Source: Clostridia bacterium
GTDB lineage: Bacteria; Bacillota; Clostridia; Oscillospirales; CAG-272
NCBI GenBank assembly: GCA_017540175.1
Contig: JAFYBN010000014.1
Span: 39,010 to 103,009, forward strand
DNA length: 64,000 bases
Reading direction: 5' to 3'
Position 1 is the first letter of the stretch. Each line of letters starts with the position of its first letter. Position numbers and translations under genes: made by a program. The notes beneath the pieces are model-generated. The model was not told the origin of the DNA, did not search any database, and saw only the letters and a program-made list of their open reading frames with translations. Shown piece by piece: positions 63,321-64,000 of the stretch.

Positions 63321-64000
63321 ATGTTCCGCTTTGAAATGAGAAAGCATCTCACCCGCTTCACCCTGATCCTTGTCGGCGTCATGCTCGCCGTCAACGCGGG
63401 GCTTGTCTTCGCCGAGTGCGGAAAGCAATGGAAGAATCGCGGCGAAATCAATACCGCCGTCGAAGAAGCTCTCGCCGATTATCGGGAAGACCCCGCCGCC
63501 GTGGTTCAGGAAAAGAAGGAATACGAAAACGCATGGCAGTCCTCGCTGTGGGGCGGAGATCCCGTCGAAAACCGCCGCGTCGATCTCGACAGCTATACCG
63601 ACCGGCAGCTGTGGCAGTCCCTCGATCCGATCCTCGAGAGGGTAAAGACCTATAACAGGGACGTGAAAAAGGTGGTGAACAGCGCGGTGAAAAAGGCCTC
63701 CGATCCCGATACCGTCCCCGGCTCCTACGTCTTTTGGTATCAGATCGAGCTGATTTCCCGCTACCGCCCGCTCGAAGAGCTTGAAATTCCCGCCGAGCCG
63801 CAGACGGGCTGGAACGAGTATTTCGCGCTGAAAGCTCCGGCGATCCTCTGCTTTCTCACGGGGATCGCTGTCTTCTCGAATGTCTGGCTGGTCGAAAAGC
63901 GCAGCCGGACGACAAACGTTCTGCACATCTGCAAGTACGGCGGGCGTCGGCTGATCCTTGTGAAGCTCTGCGTCTCGGCAGTCTTTTCGGTCATTTTGAC
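63321..64000 (+). CDS. Paralogous ABC-2-permease-like membrane protein (5' partial, runs off the window)
   Basis: Not in the ORF track because it has no stop. ATG at 63321 with RBS aggagg. I translated 226 codons without a stop: MFRFEMRKHLTRFTLILVGVMLAV...TGWNEYFALKAPAILCFLTGIAVFSNVWLVEKRSRTTNVLHICKYGGRRLILVKLCV. It aligns by eye with 60642..62897. Confidence 0.7.
   Translation, partial: MFRFEMRKHLTRFTLILVGVMLAVNAGLVFAECGKQWKNRGEINTAVEEALADYREDPAAVVQEKKEYENAWQSSLWGGDPVENRRVDLDSYTDRQLWQSLDPILERVKTYNRDVKKVVNSAVKKASDPDTVPGSYVFWYQIELISRYRPLEELEIPAEPQTGWNEYFALKAPAILCFLTGIAVFSNVWLVEKRSRTTNVLHICKYGGRRLILVKLCVSAVFSVIL

Overview
High-GC Firmicutes/Clostridia-type chromosomal segment; the taxon is inferred from gene content only (spoIIR, tig-clpP-clpX, lepB-rbgA-rnhB-yraN, proBA, thrC, ppa, rubredoxin). 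I support about 56 protein-coding genes, 6 tRNAs in 3 loci, 2 likely pseudogenes, and many near-consensus TTGACA-17-TATAAT promoters and hairpin terminators read directly from the sequence. Start codons were re-picked by eye using RBS and signal-peptide context, because many ORF-track entries are N-terminally over-extended. The many long antisense ORFs are GC-driven shadow ORFs and were rejected. Housekeeping blocks alternate with accessory surface and glycan genes: a 1504-aa beta-helix/Ig-repeat secreted protein, two BspA-like LRR proteins plus a truncated copy, two orphan solute-binding lipoproteins, CE1/CE15-like esterases, a GH36-like enzyme, and an ECF sigma/anti-sigma module followed by lipoproteins and duplicated ABC-2-like membrane proteins. 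The most unusual signal is non-coding. Composite repeat arrays lie directly 3' of the minus-strand tRNA-Glu (35525..35972) and tRNA-Leu(GAG) (53467..53856). Each array is built from fragments of the adjacent tRNA's own 3' end in both orientations, copies of its terminator hairpin, and a core shared by both loci (21 nt invariant in 5 copies, 43 nt identical between loci). They are not CRISPR. They could be scars of miniature tRNA-targeting integrative elements, a BIME/MITE-like family, or tRNA-minihelix-like RNAs. No BLAST, HMM or tRNAscan run was possible, so all family names are by-eye recognition.
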